From Trichoplax adhaerens (Eukaryota; Animalia; Placozoa): 64,000 nucleotides of DNA. Position numbers and translations under genes: made by a program. The stretch covers positions 6,997,607 to 7,061,606 of the forward strand of contig NW_002060945.1 in the NCBI RefSeq assembly GCF_000150275.1. Direction: 5' to 3'. Below are positions 1 through 14,983 of the stretch, in pieces (position 1 is the stretch's first letter; each line of letters opens with the position of its first letter). Under the pieces are notes generated by a model. That model had not been told where the DNA came from, ran no database searches, and saw nothing but the letters and a program-made list of their open reading frames with translations.

Positions 1-105
1 AAGGGAAACTATCAATATGTGGCTAAAACAGATGCTAAAATAGTGAGACAAGCAGAAACACGACTACGGGAAGTCTCCGATTGTTGTAGATCAACAATTT
101 CATAA
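1..105 (+). CDS. possible 3'-terminal coding exon of a gene starting upstream of the window (unidentified)
   Basis: Open frame from base 1 (KGNYQYVAKTDAKIVRQAETRLREVSDCCRSTIS) to TAA at 103-105, richer in GC than its flank, with AATAAA at ~165. No family motif recognised. Confidence 0.3.
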   Translation, partial: KGNYQYVAKTDAKIVRQAETRLREVSDCCRSTIS

Positions 106-329
106 GTGGCAGCGTTCGGTGGTAGTTTTGCGATATCCTTTAGTCCTCAGCGCCATAATAGTGCAATAAATCAGTCGTAGACACATTACGGTTTTGTTAC
201 CTTCCTAGTAGATATGACTATATTAAATGCTATACTATTTTACTGTTAGGCAACATTTGGTAAATAAAATATTAATAAATTAGTGAGATCAATAGTTGAC
301 AGTTGACAGTCTATCGTTGATTTAATTAA

Positions 330-740
330 TTTTTACTTTATATCTCAATTGTAGTGGTTTTAATAGTGCTACCTTGTTTTTCGCATTACTTCACAATCAC
401 TTGTTACTTCTAATCTATAGTAGTAACTTTCAAGCTTACACTATTCATATTAATTAAAGAATCTATTTCTTAGTAAAATGCCATGTCTCAATCTCTGATG
501 GTTACCAAATCTATTTTCTACCAATCTATTGCTGCTTTTTACTTCATATCTCAATTTTTGTAATTGTTCTAGCTGTTAGTACTACTTAGTTATGCGCATT
601 ACTCTACAATCACTTATTGCTAATCTATAATAGTAACTTTCAAGCTCATAATATCCATATTAATGAAGAATCTAATTCTTCGTAAAACGCCATATCTTAA
701 ATTCTGACGGATACTAAACCTATAATCCACCAATCTATCG
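330..740. repeat. diverged tandem duplication, 2 x ~205 bp
   Basis: 330-530 and 536-740 share blocks in the same order, e.g. TTTTTACTTyATATCTCAATT, CGCATTACT, ACAATCACTT, TAGTAACTTTCAAGCT, AAGAATCTA, ACCAATCTAT. Confidence 0.8.
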
Positions 741-2911
741 AAACTCGCGTCGCAGATACTAAAAGTAATTAGATCCACTGCAACGAGGAAAAGATCATTT
801 TTTCTTAGTGTTTCTTGCTATATATCCGCGTCCGTGACTAAGACTATTAATATACGATGCAAATTCTAAGAATAAATTCAATTTATTTACAGATTAATGA
901 GAATATTAAATGTATCAATCATCATATTCAAGCATAATATGATAATATGCTGAGAACTACTATCATTAATATATCGTGATAATATACAAAAATTATGTGA
1001 ATAGCTATGGAACGTCCATCTATTTATTATGAGTTTCCTAAAAACAATTTTCTTCATGGTATTTCATGATTATCCCACTGGTTTGTCGTCACAGCTATAG
1101 GACGAAAAGTTTATACTATAAATAGTAAAATACTATCAATCGAGGCAAGATTCATTTTGTATTTCCCTTTCTTTTTCTATCCTTTTATGGCAAAAACTAA
1201 GAAATATATTTTAAAATAAATAATGTGAATAAGATCAATTCTAAAAAGGTCAAAAATAGATTGACAAACGCGGATAGCAGATATCAAACAGTCCATGATT
1301 ATTTATTTCTATAAAGATCCAAGCTATTGAATTACTTATTTATAACGATGACGATGTAGTGTCTATTCCGTAATAATAATATTATTAACAAATTTGCCAT
1401 TATAACCAAAGTCAATGATATAACAAAGAACATCAAAATATTAAAAATAGAATTTATAAAAAAAATTGATATTGACAACCGCATATTAGGATAAAGATAC
1501 TAGGATTGAGATATTTCATTCTAGGACATCAAGAAACAGTATCATCTCTGCTCCTACTTCAGTAATTAGAACTTTGTTTTATTGGGCCTTAACAGTGCTT
1601 CTCATTCTTTCTAAGATTTCTGCATCCGGATGCAATTTTTTCAAATTTAATAAATACGGATACATTAAATTGAATTTATTCCTCTGTTGACAAAGCTGCC
1701 TTATGAAATTAGAATGGCATAAGATGTTACTGCATTGAAATACTCTTTTATTTGCATCATAGAATATTAATCAATGCAATTTTATATTTTTTCTCTCAAT
1801 ACCATAGCGATAATGGTCAAAATTAGACCTGTTTACAATATGCGAATATTTGTATCTTTCTGTTTTTATCACTACCCAGGACATACATTTCTAAACTAGA
1901 GATCTTCAATTTACATATCGAATTTTAGATCACAGGTATTTATTACTCTTTTATTACATCAGTCTCCACCGTAGAAGCTACAGTTACATTATATCAATAT
2001 CTTAGAGTGCAAGGCAACATAAAATGGCATTTTCAACTTAAAATTAAAATTTATTCCTTTAATCTAATATCCAGTTAGCCAGTTATAATATCAGTGGCTA
2101 AAGGATGTCCCGATATATGAGTCATGAATACGGATATGAGATTATGAGTTACGACAAGAAATAACAAAACAAATAAGATTTAAATATCTGTTCTCACGTC
2201 CATTAAACAATCTAGTAGTAAAAAGTATTTTAGTAACGTCAAATGAGTGATTGAAGTGAAATTATTTTCTAGTACATGATACTTTAAATCAAACTAAACA
2301 ACAACCAGCTTTCAACCATTCTGTTGTAGGATTATTATTCTTGCAATGGCAACTGAATTTATCATAAAAATATTGATTAGTCATTTAGTCGTACTGTATC
2401 ACCATCCAAGCTAGTGTACCATTGGGTATTATGAAATATAAGTTGAAAAAAGAGAGCTATAATTAATACAATCTTTAGAAATGTATGTTGAATCACTTTG
2501 AAATAAAACATTTCATTTCATTCTAATTTAACATACAAGCATTGGAGTGACTAACATATCTCCTTCACGACTTTAGTAATATTAAGAAATAAGATACTAA
2601 TCACAGATCAAGTTAGAATAGCGATTTATTCATCAATCCCAGTAACCAATAATTACTAGCATTAGTCCTCCCTTTCACTTTGAAAGAACTATCTATACAT
2701 TTTTTTAATATTTTTTCTTACGGATTAAGAAATTGTTCATCAGCACTATTTTTAAAATCACCATTTCTATCATTAAGTATCAATACGTCATCATTTATAA
2801 GTTATTAAGATAATAACTATGTTTACATTAATTTCAATGTACGATACTTTATACATATCGTAAGTTATGCTTTTAATATATTTCAAAAAATTCTGTGAAG
2901 AAATAATGTTA

Positions 2912-4330
2912 TCATTTCTTGTTACTTGTAGAATGTAAACGTTCATCTAGACGTTGTAACGTTTGCCAAAATCCTTGATTGATTTTTATGGATGGGAAAC
3001 GCCGTTTAACATGCTCATGGGCTTGCTGTAAGCGCATATTACTATGATGCATTAAATATTGAATGACAGCAGTTGGTGCACTAGATTTACCTGTATAGCA
3101 AAAAATTAACACTCTTTTATTACGGCGGCGATTAGCTTCAATAAAGCTGTTAATATCTTCAAGGTAAGGCATTAAATCTTCATCAGTTGAGTCACGCACT
3201 TGTATATTTAAGCGTAAGCGTGTATGCTTGTAAGGCGATGGGCACATACAAGGAATATCACGGATTTTTGAGCGAGGTACATCTTCTGGTAATAAATTGG
3301 ACATATCGACCATACTTTCAATATTTAAACGGCATAACAACGGTTCGTCATGACCGGAACGGATGTCCCCAAGAAAGATACATTCAGTAATTTGAGCCAT
3401 TTTATCACCAAAACAGAAATGATCCGTAGGTAAATGAGCTTTTCGATAATTGTTATAATCGAGCAAACCTGCTAAATCTTCCCTATCCGACGTAGAAGCA
3501 ACTGTCGATTTATCATTATTATGCGAAGTGATTCCATCGTGATTATGGTTTTCATCGGCAACTGTATTAACGTTATTGTAATTGTTAGGAATAGAAACAG
3601 AAGTTGTCGCTAGAGAAGATACACTGTTACTACCATTATTGATATGAATATGTGAAAACTCTTTGGATCGAATATGATGCGATGTATAATTACCGCCAAT
3701 GTCACTATTACTACTTCCCACACGATAATCATAAATTTCGGCTGTGATACCACTAGCACTACCATGGCTTCCATGATGACTACCACTATAACCATGTGTG
3801 GGTGCTGCTGTCGTGGAATGGCTACGTACGTTGATATTACCAACATTGTGGCTACTACCATTAGGCTGATCGAACCATGAGTTATCGATAGTTTGCTGTG
3901 ATTTAAGTAGGTGCCGCTTTGGACGATGATCACGAACTAATTCTGAATCACTTCCTCCGGAAATACTAACTGAATCCATACGATCGGCAATAAAGTTTGG
4001 ATTTTCTGCCGTTTCCACCATGATCATATGAGATGTTACTGTGCTAGAGATGCTAGCAAATGAATTGGATCGCGGTGATGGTGGTAAGTATTCTCCATGA
4101 GATAGTGGAGATTGCAGCCAACCATCTGGAGAGTTATCCCTATTACTTGTAGATTCGTTATTGCTTCCGCTATTACTACTATTACCATTATTTTGAAGAT
4201 CTGTCTGACTTGAATGAACTCGAACATCACTGAGCGATTTGGTGACAATTGGAATTTTTTCACCATCTCGCTCTTTTTTCGCTTCTACTGTTAGACCAAT
4301 AGAATCTATCGGCGTTAATGATTTCTTCAT
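2912..4330 (-). CDS. dual-specificity phosphatase (DUSP)-fold protein with long Ser/Asn/His-rich N-terminus; probable pseudophosphatase; single coding exon
   Basis: 472-aa ORF. C-terminal DSPc features: MAQITECIFLGD, general-acid region IQVRDSTDEDL, P-loop VLIFCYTGKSSAPTAVIQYLM, and HVKRRFPSIKINQGFWQTL. Confidence 0.85.
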   Translation of the reverse strand: MKKSLTPIDSIGLTVEAKKERDGEKIPIVTKSLSDVRVHSSQTDLQNNGNSSNSGSNNESTSNRDNSPDGWLQSPLSHGEYLPPSPRSNSFASISSTVTSHMIMVETAENPNFIADRMDSVSISGGSDSELVRDHRPKRHLLKSQQTIDNSWFDQPNGSSHNVGNINVRSHSTTAAPTHGYSGSHHGSHGSASGITAEIYDYRVGSSNSDIGGNYTSHHIRSKEFSHIHINNGSNSVSSLATTSVSIPNNYNNVNTVADENHNHDGITSHNNDKSTVASTSDREDLAGLLDYNNYRKAHLPTDHFCFGDKMAQITECIFLGDIRSGHDEPLLCRLNIESMVDMSNLLPEDVPRSKIRDIPCMCPSPYKHTRLRLNIQVRDSTDEDLMPYLEDINSFIEANRRRNKRVLIFCYTGKSSAPTAVIQYLMHHSNMRLQQAHEHVKRRFPSIKINQGFWQTLQRLDERLHSTSNKK

Positions 4331-7300
4331 CTTGAAATATATCGTATGTTATACGTCTAATATGGACTCGTATATAGAAATTTTTCAAGCCTAATATCTC
4401 CAATAAATTTCCTTCGCTACCGTTCCAAATTAGAGCAAGACCATGAATAACAATGCGCCTTATATTTTTTCAAAGCGATAGATTGAAATCAGTCCTAATA
4501 CCTTTCTAATGACAGTAAAACCAAGAATAAAAGCAACGTTAATATTTAACTTAGTTAGCAAAATTTAATAAATAATCCTTTTTAATTAATAAACAATTCA
4601 TTTAGCTATTATAATCAAAACTGATAAATTTTATATCCCAACAATATTGTCCTACAGTGGTTGCTAAGATAGCAAACTTTCTTTCCCAATTCAATAGATG
4701 TACCATATTGCTAACATTTTTTTAAATTATTCATAGGAAGGCGGATATTATAACAATTAAAACTTTTCAAACTTATACCTGTGTACTTTATTTGTCCTGC
4801 TGGAATTTAGATAATAGGGAAGCTTCTTTCGTAATTTTTATTCCTTCTATTCAACAAAAAAACCCTCTATCAGATTAACTTACAACAATAAATCTAAAAT
4901 CGAATCTGTTGATTTGAGGATACTACCACAAGATGAAACAGCATTTTTTAGGCTAGATACGAAAACGTATTGCAACCACTTAAATATATACGTATACCAC
5001 ATAATATTTACAGTTTGTACACTAAATGAATTTCAAGATCTTAACGTACTGTAGATGGAATATAAATTATATTATTTAGCAGTAATTTACAGTCCAGTTA
5101 ATATAAAGGAATACCAAAATTGATTTAATACGTATGACCATAATAGATTGCTTGGGTAAGCTATGTACTAATTTTTGTCGATCATTCCATAAATGAGAAC
5201 TGTATCTCTAAAGAAATATCTGATTGGCCTTAACTATACGTCGCAAAACCAACTTTCATGATATTCATGCCTTAGCTTATGGAAGGGTTACTAGCAAATA
5301 CTGGTAGCTTCTGATATTCAAATACCTATACCGCGATTACATTTTAAATATGTCATATTATCTACCAATAATTAATGCATAACAAGCTATGTTCGATATT
5401 ATCAGTTCATGTGTCTGATCATTTATGATCACATATAAAAGATATCTTTTACGTTACAGCCTTTAGCTCTTTGAGCCAGTATATTATTGACGTATTTGAA
5501 CCTATAATATCGTAAGATAGATTAACTGCCTAATGTAGCTCATTATGATGGCTAAATACTAGAAATAGAAAAATACTAGCCATAATAGAGAACAACAAAA
5601 AGTTCTCATGTTTTATACGTAAGTTCGGTGTAGACATTTGAACATTGGACTTATATACCATCGATATAATTAATCGCTACATGATTTTAAGAGGCTTTCC
5701 AAGTATATAATCTTCATTATAAGTAAGATGCTTTGCGAATACAGAACCGGATTGCAAACTTAGAAGTCTATAAAACAATATTATCAATAATAACTAAGCT
5801 CCCAAGCATGATCTTCTATTCTGAAATCGAATTAGTAGTTTATTTAGAAGTGAATAATGTTTATAATACTTCTAAATAGCAATGATATTTATACGAGCTA
5901 CAGTGTGTACAAGTATAACGAAATTACTGAATTTTATGTGATGTAACAAACTTGTTTCGGCTAGATCACAGTGAAAGTCCCACTATCGACTGGTAAACAT
6001 GACAATACTGTCATATTGCGCTTATGCTACGTAAGTTTAAATACATATCAACGTAATATTGAGCTTAATCATAGAATGTGCTTCAAATTCAAGGTTCTAA
6101 GATCGTAATTGGCGTAATTTAAAGGCTAATAATATTTCAGCTACCGCACTAAATTAGCTCAAATTTGGTCCTGACCATGTTCTAATTTTGTTGAATTGAT
6201 CGAATAAATATCACTATGCAAACTTATTTATCTGTAAATGGTACTTGCAGTATCGACATAGCTTGCTAGTTTTGGATATCCCTAATGATGTGTATACTGT
6301 AAGCCGCCATAAAAAAATTTAATTTTATCCTATAAATTGGTTCTCTGTAATCTAATCTCCATTCATTCGTCAATAATATATAAATTTTAATGAGAATAAA
6401 CGTGTAACAATTATATAATTGCTTATAATTTGTTATAAATGTTGTTCTCTATTTAGTAATCATCGATCACCAAATGCAATATCATGTTGAATACATTACC
6501 ATAACTACGCTAGATAAATTAAATCTCAATCTATAATTGAAATCGATGAAATAGGACTTGCTATGATATACATATATTGGTTTTTGATATAGCGTTTAAA
6601 TGGAGATGGGCTTGAACATTTATTTAACATTACCTTTACTCATCGCTTACTCTAAACTAAAATTACGTGGCTACATCTCATGCTGCACATGGCGCAGACA
6701 AAATAAAAGATCTTGTAACGGCACGCTCCTTCCATAGCTTTTCAGAAGTAGCTAATAACTCAGGTTACATTGACTGTATGAGTAAATCGCGATACATAAT
6801 TTAATTTATTCAAAAACGCAGGTACGGTATATGAATCCGTTGTAGCTAGTTCTTAAAGATAGCGCTTACTCTGATATAAACGGGATGGCCTCATATACCA
6901 CTTCTTATATCATGATAAGCTAACTAGTCGATTACTGTGATTAAGAAATAAAAATATGTTAGGATAATGTACTAAAATTGGAACGATAATATTGCCTTAA
7001 TAAGGAATTTATTAACGTTAGATTGAAATATTAAAAATTAGACTATTTTTTTTTTATCAAGATATTACCTTGGTATCAGGTGAAAACTTTTTCTCGCTAC
7101 TTTAACTAGTGATTGTCGTATTTTAATTTAAATTCCATACATTATATTTACTATATTGAACTTAGTTATTATTTAAATTCTTACGTCATTAATTGGTAAT
7201 ATAACTCTGATAATAGTATCCCATTACTACATAAGGTAGATATCTTCATTGGTTTTATGGTATCTCAAAGTATTTACACTGCTGCCTTGGCAAATATTTT

Positions 7301-10300
7301 AATTATTCATCATAAATAGATTAATGCCATGCAATCTTAGACGATATCGTATGATTTTAAGCTACTTTGCACTTGCCAATCAAGGGTAACTTATAATACT
7401 TAGGATATACATTCTGTAATTTAGAAAGATTTACGTATAATTTAAAGTATATTTACCTAAATATTGGCTATTAGACTTTTCACTTAGAATACTAATAGAC
7501 CGCAACAATCATCTTACTATTTGGCTTAGGCAGGTGTTAAATATGCTGTCGATTATGATTGTCACCTTACATATTCATGGTAAATTTAGGTTAGATCTTT
7601 CAGCTACACAATTTACGTTACATCACATTCGCTTCGAAACTAAATTGATATTTATTTTAGCGTAAACATCTTCAGCTTATGAAAATTGCAAAAAAAATTG
7701 TGGCCTGCAGCGTCTTCAATACATGCTATGGATCCTAATGTATTAACATTATGAGAAACCTTTTTAAAGCAGTTATTTAAGAGCGGAACCAACAACGACT
7801 ATGAATACTACTAATTGCATTTCCTAATTTCTGATAATAGCTATTAAATATACTTCATTTACAACTCGCTAAGGCCAAGGAAAAGTAAAACTCATACTGA
7901 AGGCAACCATGAATATATCGAAACTACGGTATATAACAACAGTCTTATTGAACTTCAGCTGAAAAAAATTGTTCTTAATGACTGATCAGATAGAATTAAA
8001 TTTCAGTTAGTGTCTCTATGTTTTTATTTTATCTTAAAACAATAGTCTAGAATAAAATGTATAAAAATTAATTCTATTAGGAATTAATGCAATATCTTAA
8101 GTTATATAGAGATATTGTTAATGCGATATTAAGGTGTCAAGAGGTTTCTCATGTTCCTTAAGCGGTAATTTACTTGGTCAAATTTATAGCTAACGAACTA
8201 GATAAAATAAAATTACACAAATTTAAATTAAAATTAATTTATTGTATTGTGACTGTCTATAATCTAAAACTATAATTTAAAGCGATCTCTAGGTTTAATA
8301 ATCTTGAAAAGATCCATATGCACTGTCTAATTACCATCCTTAACATTAAGAGAATGATTTTTTTACCTGATTTATGGACTCTTATGAACAATCTTAAATT
8401 AGCCCAGGTTTATGGCTTGATACAATAATTGAATTAAACTACTTTCTATCTTAATATTCTTTCAATTAGCGGATTACAGCAACGCTATTACAGTTTTTCA
8501 ACTGATCTATTAATATCGTATCCAATAAATTCTTTATTATCCACTGCATGAAGATAATACCAAATTATGATTGCTCACGATTAGGTAAAAAACTTTAATT
8601 TATTGGCATGATCGCTGTCACTATATTTTTATTACAAAATTACCCTTACAGGATGCTCTCTTCGAACTTTGATTCTATATATTGAAAATTATTCTCACTA
8701 TCATGTTAAAATTTTATAGAGAAAGGAAGCAAAACATGATCACGGCTTAGCTCTAGCGTAATTCGTTCTTAACTAATTAAATATTGAAAGCACTTGTGTC
8801 ATGTCGATAGAAGTATCGCTTTAGATAGAATTTAGCATAATAAAATTGTATACTGCAATAGTGCGAATGAAATAAAATATTTTTACTCTAAATGTGAGGT
8901 ATTCGGAATTCTTATTCTTCAAAAGCTAATAACAATAATATAATCTCATAACTGCTTATTCGTTAGTTGATATTAAAAGTATTTAGAAAATTAAGTATAT
9001 CAGTTATAGAAAAACTTTTGGCTAATACCCAATCATGCATATATTAGAAACAAGTATTGCAGCAATATTGAGAATTGAAAGCACTACCGATAAATTTATC
9101 GATGCTTTAAGATATATTTTGTGTATGAGAATTGGAAAACATTAATGCACTACTATTAATCTTTATCATCATTTTGGATAACTTCTTACCAATAAATTTA
9201 TAGTACATTAAGGAATTTTCTAGCCATAACGTATGCAGATGTCAAAAATAAAGTTGCTATCGTAATAAACTCTCTTTCCTATAAGTACCCGTTGGTATCT
9301 TTCAATGCCAAGGCTATAAAATAACATCTGATAGCTTTATAACGAATAAGATACAAATCTGTGCGAGATCGATTACAGAAGTTGGATATAAATCAACAGC
9401 TAAAACGTGTAACTTGCCCACGAAAGGCACACCATTTATTTTCAATATATCTAACATTTTTATGCTATAGATAAATTAATAGAACTAGAAAGTTTATAAG
9501 TTATTTTATATGTGGAATTTCTTTGAACTAGTTGAAGAATAGAAAGGATCTTCTAATATATCATAGGATTATTTAATAGGCAAATAGGATATTGGTAGAG
9601 TTTCAAGTCAAGCTACAACCCTTTAGAAATAGTGATACGAAAAGATGTAAATGCGTTTGTCTAAATGTTATTATTCAATTACCATGATGTTAGCGTACAT
9701 TTATCCTATCTGTGCCAATTGAAATATAGTTATATATGTATACGTAGATATTACTAAAATTAATTGATATAAATATTTTATTGTAGTTAAAATTTATCCT
9801 GAGCAGTAAAATTGGTGCATACTTAGTTAATCTGTATACACAAAGAGGATAATTAAGTTTTAAAAGTAGAAGAAAAAATACCTATCAGGGAGCGCTTGTA
9901 CGCGTATATAATAGAGATGAGATGTAGTGGAATGAAGTCTTATAAATTTTTGAATATGGAGGTATTTTTAAAATTTGCCTACAATATGGGTATGTTTTAA
10001 CGGTGGTGTAGAATATATGAGTGTATAGCTTTTATGGCTGTATTTTGTGAAATTATAAAATGATTAAGCTAATGTTATGATTTAAATATCAGATAGAATT
10101 TATGCAAAAATTGATATCAGTGCTTTTGCCTTGGTTAAGAGTGCTAATACTAATGTTGCTTCCTATAGTTGAAATACAGTATACTTAAAGTGCAATGATT
10201 AAGGAACACGATAAGATCTGTTGATTCAAATGCATTATTTACTTGCCGTCGGCATTTCCCTTAAATCAATTAATTTACTGCTTGAATTTTCAGTGTAATG

Positions 10301-13300
10301 AATAGAATTTTAAATAAAAAGTACGTCATTATATCTTAAATCATTAAAATTTCAAGTGTTTCTATTTTTATTACTAGCTTTCTCCTCTTAGTTTAGTCCA
10401 GACGATCAAATCAATCTTCATTGGCAAAACAAATATCAAAATAACGGTCTAATTTAAATTTTCCTAAACTAGTCTATAAATTGTGATATTACTTAGGCGA
10501 ACAATCGTGCCGCTCTATTATAGAACTTGATGTTCATTCGAATATTGTTTTTACTTCCTTTATTTATATCAGCGAAGTGAATTATTAAAAAGATTCTCTT
10601 TCCTATACTTTCGTAGCATCTCCAGTTGAACACTTTATAATAAATAGTTTGTTCTAATTTGCTTCTGAAATGTTATCCATTTTAATGGTGGCAATTCCTC
10701 TCGTTGAAGAGTTATAGTAGTATATAGTAACATATACGTTAATAATTCAGCGTTATTCTTTGTCAATAATGAAATTGCTGACAGAGTACACAAAATCGTT
10801 TTAAATTTTCATCATCTAACAATTATAATAGATCAGATCACTCTTGTAAAAAATTGAAGAAAAAGTGATGGATATATTCTTTTTTCTCTTTTATAAGTCA
10901 TAAAAAAATAGAAGTTATACGTATTTGAAGAGTTTCGTTATAATTTTTATACCAGTTAGTATTCTTTTGATTATTGCATCATTACTATAGTATTGTTAGT
11001 ACCAATAATGGCTATTAGAAAAGTTGGCTCGACTACTCTATAGTAGAATATTGAAAAGTGACTTCGTTATAATAGGAGTGTGTCACAAAACAGCTTTGCA
11101 ACAAGATAACGTAATGTACGATCAATAAGTCAATTTCTTGAACTACGTATCAAGGAACGATATCTGCACTATCAGAAACACTTTTGCTCTACTAGCAGAC
11201 TACACAAAAACTTAGACGCCTCGTATTTTACGTTAAACACTAAGTTTAAGAATCCACTTTATTACACGATATACTGCATTTATATACTCTTCCTCAATAG
11301 TTCATGAGTCCTAGTTAGTATGATTAACTTTGGAATCATTCACTGAATTAGATATTAATTATAGCTACTGTTCCCTTAATGCAGACAGCAGTATTTACGA
11401 ACATAGACATCTGATGACTAATACAGAATAGTCAGATTACGATATGTCCTATAAGGGAACATTTCCACGATAATTTACAATCTACCATAAGTAGGTTACA
11501 ATCATAATGATTCGAACTGTAAGTAGATGATTTGCATTCCCTACTATAACTATTAATTTCAGTATGTGTCTATGTGCCACTGCCATAAAAGTCAGTGCTA
11601 TATTAAAACACAGTATATCCAAATTATAAGTTAACTAAATAAAGATAGGCTAACAGAATTGTCATAACATAGATATTTCTACTCTAATACAATATATAAC
11701 ACTGTCACAGGGTGATACTTTTTGCTTAGAGTTTCTTCCATTATATTGCAATCTAATATAAGTTTATAGAATAGTAATCATCGATTAAGGCTATCATGTT
11801 ATCTGTGTATTATAAGAGAAAAAAATTAAGTCAAATAAAAAAGTTTTTGAAGAGGTTCAAATGTTACAAAATTAATTTATTTTTATCGTCTCGTTTTATT
11901 GTTTCAATATCGATGCTGTAAGTACGCCTGACAGTAATTAGAAATGGATATTAAGACTATATGCTATTGCTCATATTAGCTTGATTAACAATTGAAATTA
12001 AATTTAAATTTACTGTAGCTAAAGGCAATAGGATGTAGAATGAATTTTCACTACTTTAGTGTGTATAATCTAAACAGAAATAGCAAAATAATAATGTTTT
12101 ATCTTAATAGGTCTCGATCGTTTAAATAAATTTTGGATACAATATGAACCTATTGAGTAGGCTATAAGGAATTGGGAAAGATTGGTGCAAGGTTAAAATT
12201 AAAAAGCAACATAACGGTAAATAATATTTAAGATGGAGAACTATAATTAATGGAATTAATTAGGCAAAAGTAATATTAGCTGTGTCTAGCAAGGAATAAC
12301 TCTTTGACCATGATAGAGCTGCTACTTATTGATTTAGACAACGTAGTCAAAAGCAAGATGACTATTATTTTTACTTTACAGAAGATAGTTCTACCATTGC
12401 TAAAATTATTAACTACATCCATGAATAAATTAATAGGCCTTTGTTAATAATACCCTCCATGATATGCAATATAGGAATTTCTACTTGATTTTACTCTTTA
12501 CTTATTTTCTTTCACAAGAATTTAAAGTGGTGTATACTTAATAAAGATTGTTTTGTATGATATTTCTATTAGTGACGATTATTTGGAAAATGCTTTATAC
12601 GAGTATTGAGAGAATAGCATCGTTACCCAAGGTGTAGTATTCATTTTCAGACTGGACAATTTTTATTCAAATTTATTTCTAGTCGGTGTTTTTATTATTT
12701 AGTTTACGAACCTGGATTTTTTTCTTCTTTAAATTCTTGAAAATTGAAGCATTGCCAAAGCGAATAGCAATTCCTTTACTGTTATAGCCTATCTCGATGT
12801 GATTGAATAATTTTGTTCCGAATTTCAGTATTGATTAGATAAGTAGTAATAGTAATATTTTCACCACTTAACCGTTCAAACTGTAGCAGGAGTATTTATT
12901 TCGTTGAATTGGATGAATTAGTTCTCAAATTTTAGAATAATAATAGTAGTATAAGATATTTTAGGCAGAACAGTTAAAGAGTTATGATGGGAATAGAGCA
13001 GAATAGAAGAGAGATAAATTTGAGTAGACTGCGAGTACAACAAAGTAATTGTGAAAGTTTAAAAAAAAGAAGAATACAATACTGGGTATATTGTTGTGTA
13101 TTAAATCATCTTTCGATATAAAATTTATTGGTCCGGTATTGATTCTATTATCATGCGTAGTTTATATAGGCCCAGTATTAACTTGATTGCTTTCTAATAA
13201 CGCAACTCTACAGTACCTTACTTTGGGTTCCTTCAGACTACCCCCTGGTACTCTACTGAAATCCACTTGCAAGAGTACCGATTAATTTTCAATTTTTGAT

Positions 13301-14983
13301 GGCAACTGTGGATTTTTTCTGCTATCGTTATTGATTAAATGATAAATCCTTTTGACTACCCAATGCATTAAATAGTACAGTAGAGCACAGTTGCTATAGA
13401 GACCCAGAGTACGAATCTATGCCAAGGTACTGTAGTTGATGTACTGTGGAACTGCAATTGTTCTGAATACGGCATCCCCAAAAGACCTTGAGGATTTTAG
13501 GGCAATTTTGAGGTCTTCGCCTTTTTTCTGAGAGTAAATACCGGTAGATTCTCTCTTATCGGGTCTTTACACTAAGCTACTCACAAATTTATATCACTAT
13601 ACATACTTATATAGTAATAGACTTATTATTACTAGAGTGATATTGATTTCGGGTGATTTCAGTCTGATACTGTACAGTGCTGTAGAGTACGCGTATATCC
13701 TCTGTAGTCATTATGACCGGCTTAATTATTGTGCCGTGGTGGATGTTAGATATAGGATTTGGGATAGATTTTATGAGGAGGAGATCACTTATGCAAGGAC
13801 AGATATTAATATAGTCTTTAAGAGCTCCAGAAGATGGACTAAACTTATCTGATACTATAGATTCCCAGTATACTGTATATAGTATGAACTATATATATGA
13901 ACTATATACAATGGAGCAGTTCACTGAGCTCTCTGCTATGGAGTGGTTAGAATATATCACTAGTCAATTGGCGACTGCTTTGCTAGCCGTTTTAAAGACT
14001 ATTTTTCTTTTTTAACTTTAGTCCCCACGCATTTGTATGGTTTCACAAACAGTTTAATTTATACCATATAATTAGTGTCGATTTTACTGGTCTCGACCGC
14101 ACTATATACTACTATGATACCTGAAGCAACGAGACAGTCATACAGCAGATTTTTCCTCAATTTTGCGGTACTAGCTCATATATAAAGAATATGTCAGCTT
14201 AACAAATTCAGAGATAAGTTTATCCATTAACAGAAAAATAATTATAATTAGCTTAGAGACGTCAAGAGGGTAATAATTGTTATAATACGTTAGGTATACA
14301 CGTATACCAGACTAGAAAAAGAAAAGTAGACAGACTTGCAGCAGAAAAATAATATAATTAATTAATTCATTAATAAGGATATAGTATATACAGTGAGTCG
14401 GTACCATGTCAAATCGTCATTTCACGAAGTTGCTAAAATTTAAGAAAATTATCTAAATTTGTAAACTATATGCTTGCCTGACTCTAAATGAAACATGCTC
14501 GTAAATTTAGTAACAGATAGTCCCTAATTCCCGTAATTACAGTATACGCATATTTGAATACAGTAGTTACGAGTATATGCCTATAATACAGTATGATTGT
14601 TAAGGGACAACCATGAAGTGTGTTAACGATGGTAGGAGGATAAGGAATAGGTTTATTTGGAGATCGACAAGAAGTAGATAGGTAGAAGGTTTACGGAGAT
14701 GTAGGAAAAGTTTGCCGCAACCTGAAGGAAACAGAATAATTTATCCTTGTTATTACATTGCCTCTACGGGTATATTGTAACTATAATATTAAACATACAC
14801 TGTATGACGATCAGTATATAATAAGGTGTTGATACATACTGTACGTCCATCCCGTACGCCTGAAACTTGGCCTGCATGACATGACCAAGGACTACTGAAA
14901 GAGAGAGAGATGGACATTACTGTAAAGCACCAAGGATAGGAGACTGCAAGATCAGCCCTACTGCTAGACAGGGAAGCTTGCAA

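Noticed and set aside
133-141. ATATCCTTT U12-like donor (another at 24283-24291)
   Set aside because: Not at a supported exon boundary, and I found no matching branch point with an AC acceptor.
3187-4266. Small ORFs overlapping the DUSP-like CDS (similarly 44735-44974, 50695-50904, 32461-32682, 53465-53763)
   Set aside because: Alternative-frame or antisense shadows of real coding exons.
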